Shown piece after piece: positions 1 to 9,286 of a DNA stretch of 64,000 nt. Source of the stretch: an uncultured Alphaproteobacteria bacterium (lineage in GTDB: Bacteria > Pseudomonadota > Alphaproteobacteria > Rhizobiales > Xanthobacteraceae); assembly GCA_963774995.1 (NCBI GenBank), contig CAVZHJ010000002.1:61663-125662 (forward strand). Direction: 5' to 3'. Under the pieces are notes generated by a model. It worked only from the letters and a program-made list of their open reading frames with translations, ran no database searches and was not told the DNA's origin. How positions within the stretch are numbered: position 1 is the first letter of the stretch; each line of letters begins with the position of its first letter. Made by a program: the position numbers and the translations under genes.

Positions 1-209
1 TTCTCGACCACGAACTGCTGGCCGAACGCCTGACTCAGCGCGTCCGCCCAGGGGCGGCCGATGATGTCGCTCGCCCCTCCCGGCGCGTAAGGAATGACCA
101 GCTTCACCGGCCGGGTCGGCCAGGCCGCGGCCTGCGCGGACGCGCGGCGGCTGACGATACCGCTGGCGACTGCGGCCGACGAGACGGCGAGAAAATCACG
201 ACGACGCAT
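1..209 (-). CDS. tctC: Tripartite tricarboxylate transporter substrate-binding protein (Bug/TctC family), truncated by the window edge
   Basis: Manual translation MRRRDFLAVSSAAVASGIVSRRASAQAAAWPTRPVKLVIPYAPGGASDIIGR...GQQFVVE: Tat-like signal plus the Bug-family WP-RPV-L-IP-APGG-SD motif; lies downstream of tctB-tctA. Confidence 0.9.
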   Translation of the reverse strand, partial: MRRRDFLAVSSAAVASGIVSRRASAQAAAWPTRPVKLVIPYAPGGASDIIGRPWADALSQAFGQQFVVE

Positions 210-283
210 GTCTGTATCCTCCGTTCTTGATTGGCTCGCACAGCCTGCGAGCGGTGCTTCGCGGGACCTTTGGCCCGTGTGGT

Positions 284-1792
284 TTATTCCTGAAACGCCT
301 CTTCGCGCTTCTTGCGCACATTCGGCGCGATGACGATCAAAAGGAGGATCACGGCCATGGCGAGGAACGTCGCCGACAGCGGCCGTTCGAAGAATACCAT
401 CGGGTCGCCGCGCGACAAGAGCATCGCGCGCCGCATGTAGACCTCCATCAGCGGACCGAGGATAAATCCAAGCAGCAGCGGCGCGGGCTCGCATTCCAGC
501 TTCATGAGCAGGTAGCCGAGCACGCCGAAGAAGGAGATCAGCAGCACTTCCTCGGCCGCGTTGTTCAGGCTGTAGGTGCCGATGCAGCAGAAGAACAGGA
601 TCGCGACCGCCAGCAGCCGGTACGGCACCAGCAGCATCCGCACCCAGATGCCGATCAGCGGCAAATTCAGCACGATCAGCATCAGGTTGCCGAGCCACAT
701 CGAGACGATCAGGCCCCAGACGAGTTCGGGCCGCTGATCCATCACCTGCGGCCCCGGAATGATGCCGTGGATCATCATGCCGCCGATCATCAGCGCCATG
801 ACCGGGTTGGACGGGATGCCGAGCGTCAGCATCGGAATGAACGAGGTCTGCGCGGCGGCGTTGTTGGCCGCCTCGGGCGCGGCCACGCCTTCGATCGCTC
901 CCTTGCCGAAGCGTTCCGGCGTTCGCGAAAGCTTCTTTTCCAGCGTATAGGCCGAGAACGACGAGAGCACCGCGCCGCCACCCGGCAACAGGCCGAGGAA
1001 GCTGCCAAGCGCCGTACCGCGCAGGACAGGCCCGATCGACTGCCTGATGTCCGCGCGCGTCGGCATCAATCCCGAGACCTTGGCGCTGACGAGGTCGCGC
1101 CGGCCGGTGTTGGTGAGATTGTGGACGATCTCGGCGATGCCGAACATGCCCATCGCCAGCGGCACGAAACCGATGCCGTCGAACAGCGAACTGATCTCGA
1201 ACGTAAAGCGCGTATTGCCGGTGTTGACGTCGGTGCCGACGAGGCCAAGCAACATGCCGAGAAAGATCATGCCGATCGCCTTGATGATCGAGCCGCGCGC
1301 CAGCACGACCGCGAACACGAGGCCGAGCACCATCAGCGAGAAGTAATCGGCCGCGGCAAACTGCTGAGCGACCTTGGTCAGCGGAGGTGCTGCGAGCGCG
1401 ATGATGATGGTCGCAACGCAGCCGGCGAAGAACGACGCGATGGCTGCGATGGCAAGCGCGGGTCCGGCCCTGCCCTGACGTGCCATCTGATAGCCGTCGA
1501 TGCAGGTCACAACCGAACTCGACTCGCCCGGAAGGTTGACGAGAATGGCGGTGGTCGAGCCGCCATACTGTGCGCCGTAGTAGATGCCGGCGAGCATGAT
1601 CAACGCGCCTTCCGGCGACAGATGGTAGGTGACCGGCAACAACAGCGCGAGCGTCGCCAGAGGTCCGACCCCCGGGAGCACGCCGATCGCGGTGCCGATG
1701 ATCGCGCCGGACAGGCACCAGAACAGGTTCTTGAGCGAAACAGCGACCGAGATGCCGAGGGCCAGATTGTCGAACAGGTTTCCTAGTTCCAT
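284..1792 (-). CDS. tctA: Tripartite tricarboxylate transporter large permease TctA
   Basis: 502 aa polytopic membrane protein with GIYYGAQYGGS, IEGVAAPEAANNAA and LTLGIP motifs. Confidence 0.95.
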   Translation of the reverse strand: MELGNLFDNLALGISVAVSLKNLFWCLSGAIIGTAIGVLPGVGPLATLALLLPVTYHLSPEGALIMLAGIYYGAQYGGSTTAILVNLPGESSSVVTCIDGYQMARQGRAGPALAIAAIASFFAGCVATIIIALAAPPLTKVAQQFAAADYFSLMVLGLVFAVVLARGSIIKAIGMIFLGMLLGLVGTDVNTGNTRFTFEISSLFDGIGFVPLAMGMFGIAEIVHNLTNTGRRDLVSAKVSGLMPTRADIRQSIGPVLRGTALGSFLGLLPGGGAVLSSFSAYTLEKKLSRTPERFGKGAIEGVAAPEAANNAAAQTSFIPMLTLGIPSNPVMALMIGGMMIHGIIPGPQVMDQRPELVWGLIVSMWLGNLMLIVLNLPLIGIWVRMLLVPYRLLAVAILFFCCIGTYSLNNAAEEVLLISFFGVLGYLLMKLECEPAPLLLGFILGPLMEVYMRRAMLLSRGDPMVFFERPLSATFLAMAVILLLIVIAPNVRKKREEAFQE

Positions 1793-2229
1793 GGCAGCAC
1801 CTTGATCGGCATGCCGAGGCCGTAGATGAAGAGTCCGAGGCCGATCGCCAGCATCAGCAGCATGAACAGCGCGAATTCCTTCCAGCGCGTCTCATGGGTG
1901 CCGAGCGCGGCCAGCGTCATCGACACGATCATGGCGATCACCAGTCCGGCATTGTCCACGAGGAGGGAGAACGCGACCGTCGCCACCGTGATCATGATCA
2001 GCGGACGCCAAGCCCAGGCGTCGAGCTTTGGACCTTGCTGGATCAGGGCCTGGATCACGAGCAGCAGGCCACTGCCCATCATGCACCAGGCCAGGATACG
2101 CGGCAGCACCCCTGTGCCCGGGGTCCGCGCCGTCCCCATATTATAGGCAGCGCCGATGTAGTAGGCGCCGAAACCGATGGCGAGGAACAAAAGCCCGGTC
2201 GCGAAATCCTTTGAACTCTTTATGCGCAT
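1783..2229 (-). CDS. tctB: Tripartite tricarboxylate transporter small permease TctB
   Basis: Start chosen at MRIKSSKDFATG; about 4 TM helices, MGTA--PG-G--P motif; overlaps the tctA start. Confidence 0.9.
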   Translation of the reverse strand: MRIKSSKDFATGLLFLAIGFGAYYIGAAYNMGTARTPGTGVLPRILAWCMMGSGLLLVIQALIQQGPKLDAWAWRPLIMITVATVAFSLLVDNAGLVIAMIVSMTLAALGTHETRWKEFALFMLLMLAIGLGLFIYGLGMPIKVLPWN

Positions 2230-2401
2230 TGCCGGGCAGCCCCTCCCTGGACCACACGAATGAAGCCTGTCTAGGCCACGAGGTCTCGCGCCGGGTTGGT
2301 GCGGGCTGTTGCCTCCCGCGATCGCATTGTCCCGTGATCGCGCGTACGGCCAATGGGTACAATCAACGCGGGAACGAAGCAATACGAGCGGCCGCTTTCA
2401 A

Positions 2402-3013
2402 TCAGGCGTTGGTGGAAGGCCGTGCTTTCACCCGTTCGAACCAGGCGCCGATGTTCGTGTTGGAGGGATCGAGCGGCTGACCGACCTTGGCGAAGAAGCC
2501 GACCATGCAGAACAGCAGAATGTCAGCCAGCGTGAACCGCTTGCCGCAGATGAACTCCTTGCCGTTCATCTGGCCATCCAGCCACGCGAGCCGGTTCGCC
2601 GCGATCTTCTTCAGGCCGGGAGCTGCTTCCGGCGCTGTCACAATGCGGTTTTCGAAGAACTTCAGGCCTTCGGCAAAGCGAAAGCCGTTCGCCCCCGGTT
2701 CGCAGATATTGAGATCGATGCGGCGCGTCCACATGCGGCACTCCGCGCGCTCTTCCGCGGTCGCCCCGATGAGTGCCGGCTGCGGATACTTCTCTTCCAG
2801 ATACTCGCAGATTGGAATGATCTCGGAGACGAAGCCGCCATTGTCGAACTCGAGCGCCGGCATCTGGCCGTGCGGATTGCGCGACAGATGCGGCTCCTTC
2901 CGATTGTCGCCGGCGCGCAAATCGACAGTCTCGACCGGAATTGAAACGCCCTTCTCGGCCAAAAACATGCGGACGACGTGCGGATTCGGTCCAACGGAAT
3001 CATACAGCTTCAT
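2402..3013 (-). CDS. Glutathione S-transferase family protein
   Basis: MKLYDSVGPNP..., NPHGQMPALE, SEIIPICEYLEE, FTLADI GST motifs. Confidence 0.92.
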   Translation of the reverse strand: MKLYDSVGPNPHVVRMFLAEKGVSIPVETVDLRAGDNRKEPHLSRNPHGQMPALEFDNGGFVSEIIPICEYLEEKYPQPALIGATAEERAECRMWTRRIDLNICEPGANGFRFAEGLKFFENRIVTAPEAAPGLKKIAANRLAWLDGQMNGKEFICGKRFTLADILLFCMVGFFAKVGQPLDPSNTNIGAWFERVKARPSTNA

Positions 3014-3105
3014 ACTTCGTTCCCCCCGGCGGCACATCTAGACCCGCGCGCCCGTGTATCCGCGCAGGGTAGGCGAATTCATATGGCGAGTGGAAGAGGC
3101 ACGTC

Positions 3106-3801
3106 TCAGATGAGGATCAGATCCAGCACCGCGGCATAGTGAAAGGAGGCCGCAAGCAGGACGAAGCCGTGCCAGATTGCATTGTGAAACCGCAATCGCT
3201 CCCAGACGTGGAAGATCACGCCGGAGGAATAGAGCAGCCCGCCAATCGCGATGAGCCATAAGGTGAAGCTCGGCAGCACGGCAGCGATGACGTCGTAGAC
3301 CATCACACCGCTCCAGCCCATCGCAAGATAGAGGGCGATCGCCAGCCGGTCGAAGCGGCCCGGAAAAAACAGCTTCAGAACGATGCCGGCGGCGGCGACG
3401 GTCCACACCCCGGCCATCAGCACCACCGAGGTGACGCTCATCTTCATCTGCACGATGAACGGCGTATAGGTTGCGGCGATCAGTACATAGATCGCGGAAT
3501 GATCGAAGCGGCGGAGAATCCATTTCCAGCGTGACACCGGAAACAGGTTGTAGATGGCCGACAGCGCCAGCATCGTGATCAGCCCGGCCGCGTAGACAGA
3601 CACCGCCGCAATGTCCGCTGCCGTTGCGAAATAGCAGGCAACGACGACAAGCACGGCGGCGGCGATCAACCCGAGGCCGACACCTATCGCATGCACGACA
3701 CCGTCGGCCAAAAGCTCATGCCGGTCGTAGTTCCACCGGACACCCGGCGGTGCACCGTGCAGGGTCCGCGACGCAAGCTCTTTCAACTGGAAGATCGTCA
3801 T
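3106..3801 (-). CDS. Hemolysin III / PAQR (TrhA-like) membrane protein
   Basis: 7 TM; ADGVVH, RRFDHSAIYVLIAATYTP and HNAIWHGFV motifs. Confidence 0.92.
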   Translation of the reverse strand: MTIFQLKELASRTLHGAPPGVRWNYDRHELLADGVVHAIGVGLGLIAAAVLVVVACYFATAADIAAVSVYAAGLITMLALSAIYNLFPVSRWKWILRRFDHSAIYVLIAATYTPFIVQMKMSVTSVVLMAGVWTVAAAGIVLKLFFPGRFDRLAIALYLAMGWSGVMVYDVIAAVLPSFTLWLIAIGGLLYSSGVIFHVWERLRFHNAIWHGFVLLAASFHYAAVLDLILI

Positions 3802-3913
3802 GCAGAAATCTTGCCTGGGCTCTGAATTGCAGCGACACAGGTGACCCAATGATGTGATGATTTGATGTCACCGCGCGCTCAATCCTTCGCGCTCAGTCCT
3901 CCGTGCTCGGTGC

Positions 3914-4546
3914 TCAGTCCTCGGTCATCCATTGCGCGACCGTCATGACCTGCGGCGGTTGCGCATAGCCGACGGTCCACATATCGACCACCCACTCCCC
4001 GCCCCCCACCTTTTCCTTGATCACGGGCGTGTTATGCGGCGTCTGCAGCACCAGTATATTGCCGCGATAGCGCGGATTGGTCACCGTGTGATGCTTGAGG
4101 TAGCCCCAATCCTGCAACAGCAGCAGCAACGCGGTGATATTGCGCGTCGTATCCCAGCAGTCGTAGTTCGTGGCGGCTGCATTGTGACGGAAGTCCGCTC
4201 GCGCGATGCGCGTCGTCGTGCCGAGCACCGGCCCAAGCCGCCTGTCGAACCAGACGACCGCATTCTGGACCGCAGCGCGTTCCGCCTGGGCCGACGCCTT
4301 GCCTTTGGCCAGGATTGCTTCGAGCGCCTTCCGGTCGACAGCCGTGAATTCGAACGCCTCCCTGCGACGGCAAACGAAGCCGTAGCACACCGTCATCAGG
4401 TTCCCGTTCGGCGGATAGATCGATACGCTTTCATAGAGCGCGGAGATCCCGGGCGTCATTTCGATCGCCGGCGCGGGCGCGGCAAAGCCGGCGGCTGCGA
4501 GCAACAGTGCGACAGCGGAGGTTCGTAGCTGCAGACGGGAAATCAT
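3914..4546 (-). CDS. Exported hypothetical protein, possible transglutaminase-like Cys-His-Asp enzyme
   Basis: Signal peptide (AVALLLAAAGFAAPAPA); YDCWD...PHNTPV...WVVDMW pattern. Confidence 0.75.
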   Translation of the reverse strand: MISRLQLRTSAVALLLAAAGFAAPAPAIEMTPGISALYESVSIYPPNGNLMTVCYGFVCRRREAFEFTAVDRKALEAILAKGKASAQAERAAVQNAVVWFDRRLGPVLGTTTRIARADFRHNAAATNYDCWDTTRNITALLLLLQDWGYLKHHTVTNPRYRGNILVLQTPHNTPVIKEKVGGGEWVVDMWTVGYAQPPQVMTVAQWMTED

Positions 4547-4715
4547 GCGGCGGAAAATAGCCGATGACGCGCGCCGTTGCCAAGCGCCGCCGGATTAAAG
4601 AAAGCCGTGAATCCTGACCGGACTGATCAAAATCCCGTTGCAGCAGACATGTGGCGGCATGTTCGCACCGCGAGCCCTGCGATAGGTTGGCCGATAGTCA
4701 CCGAGGAGAGATTCA

Positions 4716-5363
4716 ATGCTGACGATTTGGGGACGGCGCAGTTCCTTTAACTTGCAGAAAATCATGTGGCTGGTCGGCGAATTACAGCTTGAGCACCGGC
4801 ACATCGAAGCGGGCGGGCAATTTGGCGGTCTGGATACCCCCGAGTTTCTGGCCATGAATCCGCATGGCAGGATTCCCGTCATCGATGACGATGGCACCGT
4901 GGTCTGGGAATCGCATGCGATCCTGCGCTATCTGGCGGCGCGCCATGGCGGCAGATCATTCTGGTCCGACGATCCGGCCGAGCGCTCGCTGTCGGATCGA
5001 TGGATGGACTGGTCGGAGACGACCTTGCAGCCTGATTTTTTGCAGGGGATTTTCTGGGGCTTCTACCGGACGCCCGAGGCACAGCGGGACCTGCGTGCGA
5101 TCAGGCGCAGGCTTGATCTCTGCGCGCGTCATTTCTCATTGCTTGATCGCCATCTGGAAAAACGGGCGTTCATGCTCGGCAACACGTTGACGCTTGCGGA
5201 CATCCCGATTGCGACCAACCTCTATCGGTACTTCAGTCTGGAGATCGACCGCCCATCCGTCCTGAACGTGGAGGCCTGGTACGCGCGTCTCCAGGATCGT
5301 CCGGCCTATCGGCAGCACATTATGGTTCCGTTTCAGGAGCTGTTTGGCCGCCTCGACTATTGA
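4716..5363 (+). CDS. Glutathione S-transferase (GstB/YliJ-like)
   Basis: MLTIWGRRSSFNLQK, NPHGRIPVIDD, WESHAILRYL, LTLADI; GAGGAG RBS upstream. Confidence 0.93.
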   Translation: MLTIWGRRSSFNLQKIMWLVGELQLEHRHIEAGGQFGGLDTPEFLAMNPHGRIPVIDDDGTVVWESHAILRYLAARHGGRSFWSDDPAERSLSDRWMDWSETTLQPDFLQGIFWGFYRTPEAQRDLRAIRRRLDLCARHFSLLDRHLEKRAFMLGNTLTLADIPIATNLYRYFSLEIDRPSVLNVEAWYARLQDRPAYRQHIMVPFQELFGRLDY

Positions 5364-5392
5364 CGGTCGACCTGGGTTCGCCCGGCTGCCGC

Positions 5393-6580
5393 TCACTCCG
5401 CGGGTTGTGCAGCGAATTCCGGCTTGCGCTCGTCGGCCGGGAATATCAGCGCCGCGACAATGATGAATGCGGTGAGTGCCGCAAACACTTTCAGAGTCAG
5501 CGCGAAGCCTCCCATGTCGTGCAGCCAGGCAATCATGCCGACCGCCACGCCCGCCGCGGTGAAGCCGATGAAGTAGCGCACCGAATAGGCCCGCGCACGC
5601 CATTCGTCGGCCGTGTACTTGCCGACCATCGCGTCGTTGACGGTGACGAGGCCGAACATGCCCATGACGATGCCGATCGAGACGACCAGCAGCGGCACAT
5701 TGTTCAGCACCGCCGCGCCATACAGCAGCGGCGCCGGAAACAGCGCCAGAACGAGGAAAATCTGCTTCAGCGAATGGCGGTCGATGAGCTTGCCGACATT
5801 GTATTGCGTCAGCGCACCGAACACGTAGACGCCCGCGGTGATCACCCCGAGCAGCGCCGGGTTCGTGGTCATATCCGTTAATCGCTCGGCGAACAGTTTT
5901 GGCAGCGCGACGGTGACGGCATTGAACGTGGTCGAGGAGGCCAGCACCGCGATCAGGAGCGCTGCGAACACGCGCCACATGTCCTTCCTGGCGACGCGGG
6001 CCGTTGCCCCCTCGGTCTTGTGACCCGAACGCACTTCATGTTGGACAGCCCGCATGAACGCGACGCCGATGGCGATCGTCGCGACACCCGGCACAATGAA
6101 GGCCCAGCGCCAACTGACATATTGCGCCAGCACACCGGTGATCAGCGCCGACAACGCCACGCCGAGATTGCCCCACACGCCGTTGATGCCGACCTCACGA
6201 CCGATCTGCTGCGCGTAGGAGACGATCATGGCCGTGCCGACCGGATGATAGATCGACGCGAAGATGCCGATGGCGAACAGGGCGGCACCGAGCTGCAGCG
6301 GCGTCTGCACGAAGCCGACACTGATCATGCTGAAGCCGATGCCGATGAAGTAGATCGCCATCATGTGACGGCGGCTCCAGCGGTCGCCAAGCCAGCCGGT
6401 GGCGAGCGAGCCTGCGCCAAACGCGACAAAACCCGGCGTCGCATAGGGCAGCATTTCCGCGTAACCGAGGTTGAAGGCCGGCGCCATCAGGATCACCGCC
6501 GCGGCAAAAATCAGCATCGCGTAGTGATCGATGAAGTGCGCGATGTTGACGTAATTGATGACGGTCTGCGGGCGGTTCAT
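5393..6580 (-). CDS. MFS transporter
   Basis: About 12 TM; motif A-like GWLGDRWSRR, ASIYHPVG; start chosen at MNRPQT. Confidence 0.9.
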   Translation of the reverse strand: MNRPQTVINYVNIAHFIDHYAMLIFAAAVILMAPAFNLGYAEMLPYATPGFVAFGAGSLATGWLGDRWSRRHMMAIYFIGIGFSMISVGFVQTPLQLGAALFAIGIFASIYHPVGTAMIVSYAQQIGREVGINGVWGNLGVALSALITGVLAQYVSWRWAFIVPGVATIAIGVAFMRAVQHEVRSGHKTEGATARVARKDMWRVFAALLIAVLASSTTFNAVTVALPKLFAERLTDMTTNPALLGVITAGVYVFGALTQYNVGKLIDRHSLKQIFLVLALFPAPLLYGAAVLNNVPLLVVSIGIVMGMFGLVTVNDAMVGKYTADEWRARAYSVRYFIGFTAAGVAVGMIAWLHDMGGFALTLKVFAALTAFIIVAALIFPADERKPEFAAQPAE

Positions 6581-6647
6581 GGGCTGAAGTCCGGCGTTGC
6601 AAATCAATGGCGAAAGTATATGCTGGCGCTTCATCGACGTACAGCCA

Positions 6648-7460
6648 ATGAATATCGCCAAGACGCCAGCGCTCGATCCAGGCAACCCACGCCCTGCCGC
6701 AGGCGGCGTCGAGATTCTCGCACGCGGCTACGAGAGCGGCGCGCGGCTTGACCTGCACATGCATCGCGAGGCGCAACTGGTGTTCGCTGCAAAAGGCGTC
6801 ATGCAGGTGCAGACGCCACGCGGCGTCTGGCTGGTGCCGCCCGAGCGCGCGGTGTGGGTGCCGCCGCGGCTCGAACACGCCATCGACGTTTTGTCCGACC
6901 TCGAGATGCGGACCGTCTACTTTCAGCCAGGCTGGCTTGCGGAGCAAAAGGCGGGCGCTGCGATCGGGAATGAATTCGTGGTGCGCGTCGGCGCGCTGAT
7001 GCGCGAGGCAATTCTCGCGATGTTCGAGCCGCAATGCGACGCCGCGCGCAAGATGACGCTGGCGCAGCTGGTCGTGATGGATTTGCGCGATGCGGGCGAT
7101 GCGTCGACATTCATGCCGATGCCGCTGCATGCGAAGGCGCGGCAGGTCGCCAACATCATCCTCAGCAATCCGGCCGCCGACCGCGATCTGGAGTTGCTGG
7201 CCGCAGAGGCCGGAATTTCGGGTCGGACGCTGACGCGGCTGTTTCCCGAACAGACGAAGCTGACCTTGAAGTCATGGAAGCAGCGCGCCCGCGTGATCGC
7301 GGCGATCGAGCGGCTCGGCCAGCCCGGCGTCTCGATCAAGCAGGTGGCAACCACGCTCGGCTTCTCGTCGACCGCCGCCTTCAGCTTCGCGTTTCGCGAC
7401 GTCACCGGCGAGACGCCGACCGCATTTTTGTCGCGGCGGGAAGGCGCACGCGCCGGCTAG
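6648..7460 (+). CDS. AraC family transcriptional regulator (cupin + HTH), divergent from the MFS gene
   Basis: HMHREAQL cupin motif, WLVPPERAVWVP, C-terminal VATTLGFSSTAAFSFAFR HTH. Confidence 0.92.
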   Translation: MNIAKTPALDPGNPRPAAGGVEILARGYESGARLDLHMHREAQLVFAAKGVMQVQTPRGVWLVPPERAVWVPPRLEHAIDVLSDLEMRTVYFQPGWLAEQKAGAAIGNEFVVRVGALMREAILAMFEPQCDAARKMTLAQLVVMDLRDAGDASTFMPMPLHAKARQVANIILSNPAADRDLELLAAEAGISGRTLTRLFPEQTKLTLKSWKQRARVIAAIERLGQPGVSIKQVATTLGFSSTAAFSFAFRDVTGETPTAFLSRREGARAG

Positions 7461-7562
7461 CCGTCATTCCGGGGCAACGCGAAGCGTCGAACCCGGAATC
7501 CGGCAACACGGCAGAGCAACTGGATTCCGGGTCCGCACCTTTGGTGCATCCCGGAATGACGG
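7461..7562. repeat. CGTC-type palindromic repeat (REP-like doublet) between convergent genes
   Basis: Perfect IR ccgtcattccggg 7461-7473 / cccggaatgacgg 7550-7562; inner IR acccggaatcc 7491-7501 / ggattccgggt 7522-7532. Confidence 0.85.
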
Positions 7563-7566
7563 AAAT

Positions 7567-8910
7567 CTACTCCGCCGCCACCTGCCTCGCCGGGAAGAAC
7601 CGGTTCTCCGGCCGCGGCAGGCCGAGGTTCTCGCGCAACGTCGTTCCCTCATATTCTTTCCGGAAGATGCCGCGCCGCTGCAATTCCGGCACAACCTTGT
7701 CGACGAAGTCGTCGAGGCCACCCGGCAGGTACGGGAACATCACGTTGAAGCCGTCGGAACCCTCCTCGACCAGCCATTGCTCCATCTGGTCGGCGATCAT
7801 TTTTGGCGTGCCGAGGAATTTCGAGCCACCATAGCCGCCAAGCCGTTGTGCGAGCTGCCGCACCGTGAGGTTTTCGCGCTTTGCCGTCTCGATCACGCGG
7901 TCGCGCGCACTCTTGCTGGCGTTGCTTTCCGGGATTTCCGGCAGCGGTCCGTCCGGATCGAACTTTGTCGCATCGTGACCGATCGCAATCGAGAGCGAGG
8001 AAATCCCGCTCTCGTAATGCACGCGGCTGTCGAGGACCGCGAGCTTCTCCTTCGCCTCGTCCTCGCTGTCGCCGACCACGACGAAGGCGCCGGGGAGAAT
8101 CTTCAGGTGATCGCGGTCGCGGCCGAGCTTGTCGAGCCGTCCCTTCACGTCGGCGTAGAACGCCTTCGCCGCGGTCAGATTGCCGCCCGCAGCAAACACC
8201 AGTTCGGCGGTCTCGGCCGCGAGTTGCTTGCCGGGTTCGGATGCGCCCGCCTGCACGATCACCGGCCAGCCCTGCACCGGGCGGGCGATGTTCAGAGGCC
8301 CGCGCACCGACAGATACTTGCCCTTGTGATCGAGCGCACGCATCTTCGACGGATCGAAAAAGAGGCCCGACTCGACGTCGCGCACGAAGGCATCGTCGGC
8401 GAACGAATCCCACAGGCCCGTCACGACATCGTAGAATTCGCGCGCGCGGATATAGCGCTCGTCGTGCTCCATGTGATCGTCGAGGCCGAAGTTCAGCGCG
8501 GCATCCGGGTTCGACGTGGTGACGATATTCCAGCCCGCGCGGCCGCCACTGATGTGGTCGATCGAAGCGAAGCGGCGGGCGACATGATAGGGTTCATCAA
8601 ATGTTGTTGATGCGGTCGCAATCAAACCGATGTGCTCGGTTACGCTCGCCAGCGCCGACAGCAATGTGAAGGGCTCGAACGAGGTCACTGTGTGGCTTCG
8701 CTTCAGCGCATTGACCGGCATGTTCAGCACGGCCAGATGATCGGCCATGAAGAAGGCGTCGAATTTTCCATATTCCAGTTTCTGGATGAAACGTTTGATA
8801 TGCGAAAAGTTGAAATTGGCGTCGGGAAACGCTCCGGGGTAGCGCCAGGCGCCAGTGTGAATACTGATCGGGCGCATGAATGCGCCAAGCTTGAGTTGAC
8901 GTTTGCTCAT
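7567..8910 (-). CDS. LLM class FMN-dependent monooxygenase (NtaA/DmoA/SnaA family)
   Basis: FDAFFMAD, HIGLIATAST, DHISGGRAGWNIVT, VIVQAGAS, VVPELQRRG motifs. Confidence 0.93.
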   Translation of the reverse strand: MSKRQLKLGAFMRPISIHTGAWRYPGAFPDANFNFSHIKRFIQKLEYGKFDAFFMADHLAVLNMPVNALKRSHTVTSFEPFTLLSALASVTEHIGLIATASTTFDEPYHVARRFASIDHISGGRAGWNIVTTSNPDAALNFGLDDHMEHDERYIRAREFYDVVTGLWDSFADDAFVRDVESGLFFDPSKMRALDHKGKYLSVRGPLNIARPVQGWPVIVQAGASEPGKQLAAETAELVFAAGGNLTAAKAFYADVKGRLDKLGRDRDHLKILPGAFVVVGDSEDEAKEKLAVLDSRVHYESGISSLSIAIGHDATKFDPDGPLPEIPESNASKSARDRVIETAKRENLTVRQLAQRLGGYGGSKFLGTPKMIADQMEQWLVEEGSDGFNVMFPYLPGGLDDFVDKVVPELQRRGIFRKEYEGTTLRENLGLPRPENRFFPARQVAAE

Positions 8911-9286
8911 TGGCCGGGAGCCCCTGACATTGTGATGCTGAGCACGTATTCCGCGTTCGCCGAAGGTCAAGGGCAAGGCGCATAAGCGATCACCCGGCCG
9001 ACCCAGGCTGGAGCCATTCAAAACACCGGACCCGTTGTAACGGCCTGGGTCCCGCTCGGAAAAGCATTGCTCACATTATTTTATCAGCCGCAATCCGGCC
9101 ACCGCCGCCGTTGCATTCCGACCCGGAAAGAACCAATATCCGCCCGCGCCTGACGAGGCGTTTCAGATATGCCGTCCACCCCGTGGGCGGCGGCCGCGAG
9201 CCGAAAAAATCACCTGCCGGGAGCTGGACTGAACCAGCAATCCCGCATGTGTTTCCGAGGAAACTTTCAAGTCGAGAGGGTATGCG

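Noticed and set aside
227-1786. 519-aa plus-strand ORF, and similar long antisense ORFs (9071-10723, 24733-27129, 35678-38011)
   Set aside because: Shadow ORFs opposite well-supported genes, expected from high-GC codon bias; no family motifs
9149-9180. CTGACGAG as a hammerhead ribozyme core
   Set aside because: The following stem (ggcgt/atgcc) is followed by gtcc rather than the required GAAA, and stems I/III cannot be built
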